The position numbers and the translations under genes are program-made. The notes beneath the pieces were generated by a model. The model did no database searches, was not told the DNA's origin, and saw only the letters and a program-made list of their open reading frames with translations. DNA of 64,000 bases from an uncultured Actinomycetes bacterium (GTDB taxonomy: Bacteria; Actinomycetota; UBA4738; HRBIN12), in NCBI GenBank assembly GCA_963704885.1, contig CAVPIB010000004.1, positions 128,001 through 192,000 of the forward strand, read 5' to 3'. Shown here piece after piece: positions 62,438 to 64,000 of the stretch. Position 1 is the first letter of the stretch. Each line of letters begins with the position of its first letter.

Positions 62438-62983
62438 CTACGCGATCCTCGTCATCGTGACGAGAGCGCCGTTGGCCGTGACGTAGCGCAACGCCTTGAT
62501 CTCCGGGGGCGGTGCTGGGCTCTCAACCGGCGGAACCGTCCGATCGACGGCCCAAGCCAACTCCCCGGTGCTGCAGATCTGCACCTGCTCGTCCTGCGTG
62601 AACTGGACAACGGCCAACGAGAGGGTTCCACCACCGTGAACGGCCTGGATCGTTCCATGTAGGTGAAGGGCCTGGTTGCCGCCCACGTCGTCCAGGTCGA
62701 CAGAGTGCGACGGGAGCTCCGGAAGCTGTCCTCCCCAGCCGTATCCAACGACCCACTCCTGCACCGACCCATCGACATCGCACGTCAGCGTCACCCCGAA
62801 ACTGACCGAGCTCATGCCGAGCGGGTGCCCGTCCCTCTTGATCAGCTCGAACTGGATAGAGCCGCCCGCTCCGCCCAAGGGTCCCTCGTAGATGCGCAGC
62901 TTGCCCGACCTGGCGGCGGCACTCCCGCCGATCGTGCATACCGCGAGCACCGCAACCGTGACAAGCGTCATCGACCGTCTCAT
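62438..62983 (-). CDS. Secreted hypothetical protein
   Basis: Purine-rich RBS, signal peptide [15 protein letters not shown]...AAA, beta-rich body. Confidence 0.65.
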   Translation of the reverse strand: MRRSMTLVTVAVLAVCTIGGSAAARSGKLRIYEGPLGGAGGSIQFELIKRDGHPLGMSSVSFGVTLTCDVDGSVQEWVVGYGWGGQLPELPSHSVDLDDVGGNQALHLHGTIQAVHGGGTLSLAVVQFTQDEQVQICSTGELAWAVDRTVPPVESPAPPPEIKALRYVTANGALVTMTRIA

Positions 62984-63070
62984 CGTCTCCCCTTCCATCG
63001 GGGGATGAGTATCCGTCCGCTGCGATCACGCCGCCAGGTCCGTGTCGGCGCCGGGACCTACAATCGCTCC

Positions 63071-64000
63071 GTGCCGCCCTTCCGGATCGCCGCCGACTTC
63101 AAGCCCTCTGGGGACCAGCCCGAGGCGATCGCCCAACTCACGGAGAGCGTCAACGCGGGCGATCCCTACGTGACGCTCCTGGGTGCCACCGGGACCGGAA
63201 AGACCTTCACGGTCGCACACGTGGTGGAGGCCGTCCAGCGTCCCACCCTGGTCATCGCGCCCAACAAGTCTCTCGGCGCGCAGCTCGCCAACGAGTTCCG
63301 CGAGGTCTTCCCCGACAACGCCGTTGAGTACTTCGTGAGCTACTACGACTACTACCAACCCGAGGCATACATCCCGACCACCGACACATACATCGAGAAG
63401 GACTCGTCGGTGAACGACGAGATCGAGCGCCTGCGCCACGCCGCCACAGCCGCCCTCCTGTCCCGGCGCGACGTGCTCATCGTAGCCAGCGTCTCGTGCA
63501 TCTACGGCCTGGGCTCGCCCGAGGAGTATGAGGGCCAGATCCTCCGTCCGTTCAAGGGCACCGAGATCCCGCTCGAGTTCGCCATGCAGCGGCTGGTCGA
63601 CATCCAGTACCAGCGGAACCAGGTCAGCCGGGCACGCGGCACGTTCCGCGTCACCGGCGACACCCTCGAGGTGTTCCCGCCGTACGAGCAGATCGGCACG
63701 CGGATCGAGTGGTGGGGCGACGCGGTCGAGCGGGTCAGCCAGTTCGACCCGCTCACGGGCGAGATCGTTGGCGACCTGACCGAGATAACCATCTACCCCG
63801 CGTCGCACTACGTGGCGAGCGACGACCGCATGAAGCGCGCGCTCGTGACCATCGAACAGGAGCTACACGACCGGCTCGCTGAGCTGAACGAACAGGGCAA
63901 GCTGCTGGAGGCCGAACGCCTGCGTATGCGCACGTCCTACGACCTGGAGATGATGCGCGAGGTCGGGTTCTGCAGCGGCATCGAGAACTACTCGCGCCAC
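63071..64000 (+). CDS. uvrB: Excinuclease ABC subunit B (3' truncated by window)
   Basis: [46 protein letters not shown]; TACAAT 6 nt before GTG. Confidence 0.97.
   Translation, partial: MPPFRIAADFKPSGDQPEAIAQLTESVNAGDPYVTLLGATGTGKTFTVAHVVEAVQRPTLVIAPNKSLGAQLANEFREVFPDNAVEYFVSYYDYYQPEAYIPTTDTYIEKDSSVNDEIERLRHAATAALLSRRDVLIVASVSCIYGLGSPEEYEGQILRPFKGTEIPLEFAMQRLVDIQYQRNQVSRARGTFRVTGDTLEVFPPYEQIGTRIEWWGDAVERVSQFDPLTGEIVGDLTEITIYPASHYVASDDRMKRALVTIEQELHDRLAELNEQGKLLEAERLRMRTSYDLEMMREVGFCSGIENYSRH

Overview
GC-rich actinobacterial-type chromosome segment with core genes only; no phage, IS, integrase or CRISPR was seen. In order: 3' end of a MerR-type regulator; moxR-DUF58-transglutaminase operon (-); HNH gene; dcw cluster (mraZ, a 38-codon ORF missing from the track, rsmH, ftsL, ftsI, murE, murF, mraY, murD, ftsW, murG, murC, murB, ftsQ, ftsZ, yggS, sepF, yggT, divIVA); ileS with T-box; DUF167, dksA/traR-like, lspA, rluA; dnaE with DnaA boxes; a HisA/PriA-like gene plus trpCBA; a Liv-type ABC system with cyclodeaminase and FAD oxidoreductase; tRNA-Leu(CAA); a fused double solute-binding protein; two polar amino-acid ABC systems; FTR1 plus cupredoxin; polA, rpsA, coaE, HAD, DUF2203, ABC-2 exporter; and the start of uvrB. 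The most interesting signals are non-coding or very small. A promoter-bearing ~150-nt structured RNA (50041-50190, -) has an apical GGGGAAGG loop complementary to the CCCUUCCCC loop of a two-state hairpin between ftsZ and yggS. There is also a second candidate RNA at 4828-4918 and the small membrane ORF between mraZ and rsmH. Three single-base frame breaks at 33.8-38.4 kb are probably sequence errors. All calls come from reading the sequence and motifs by eye; no searches or folding programs were run.
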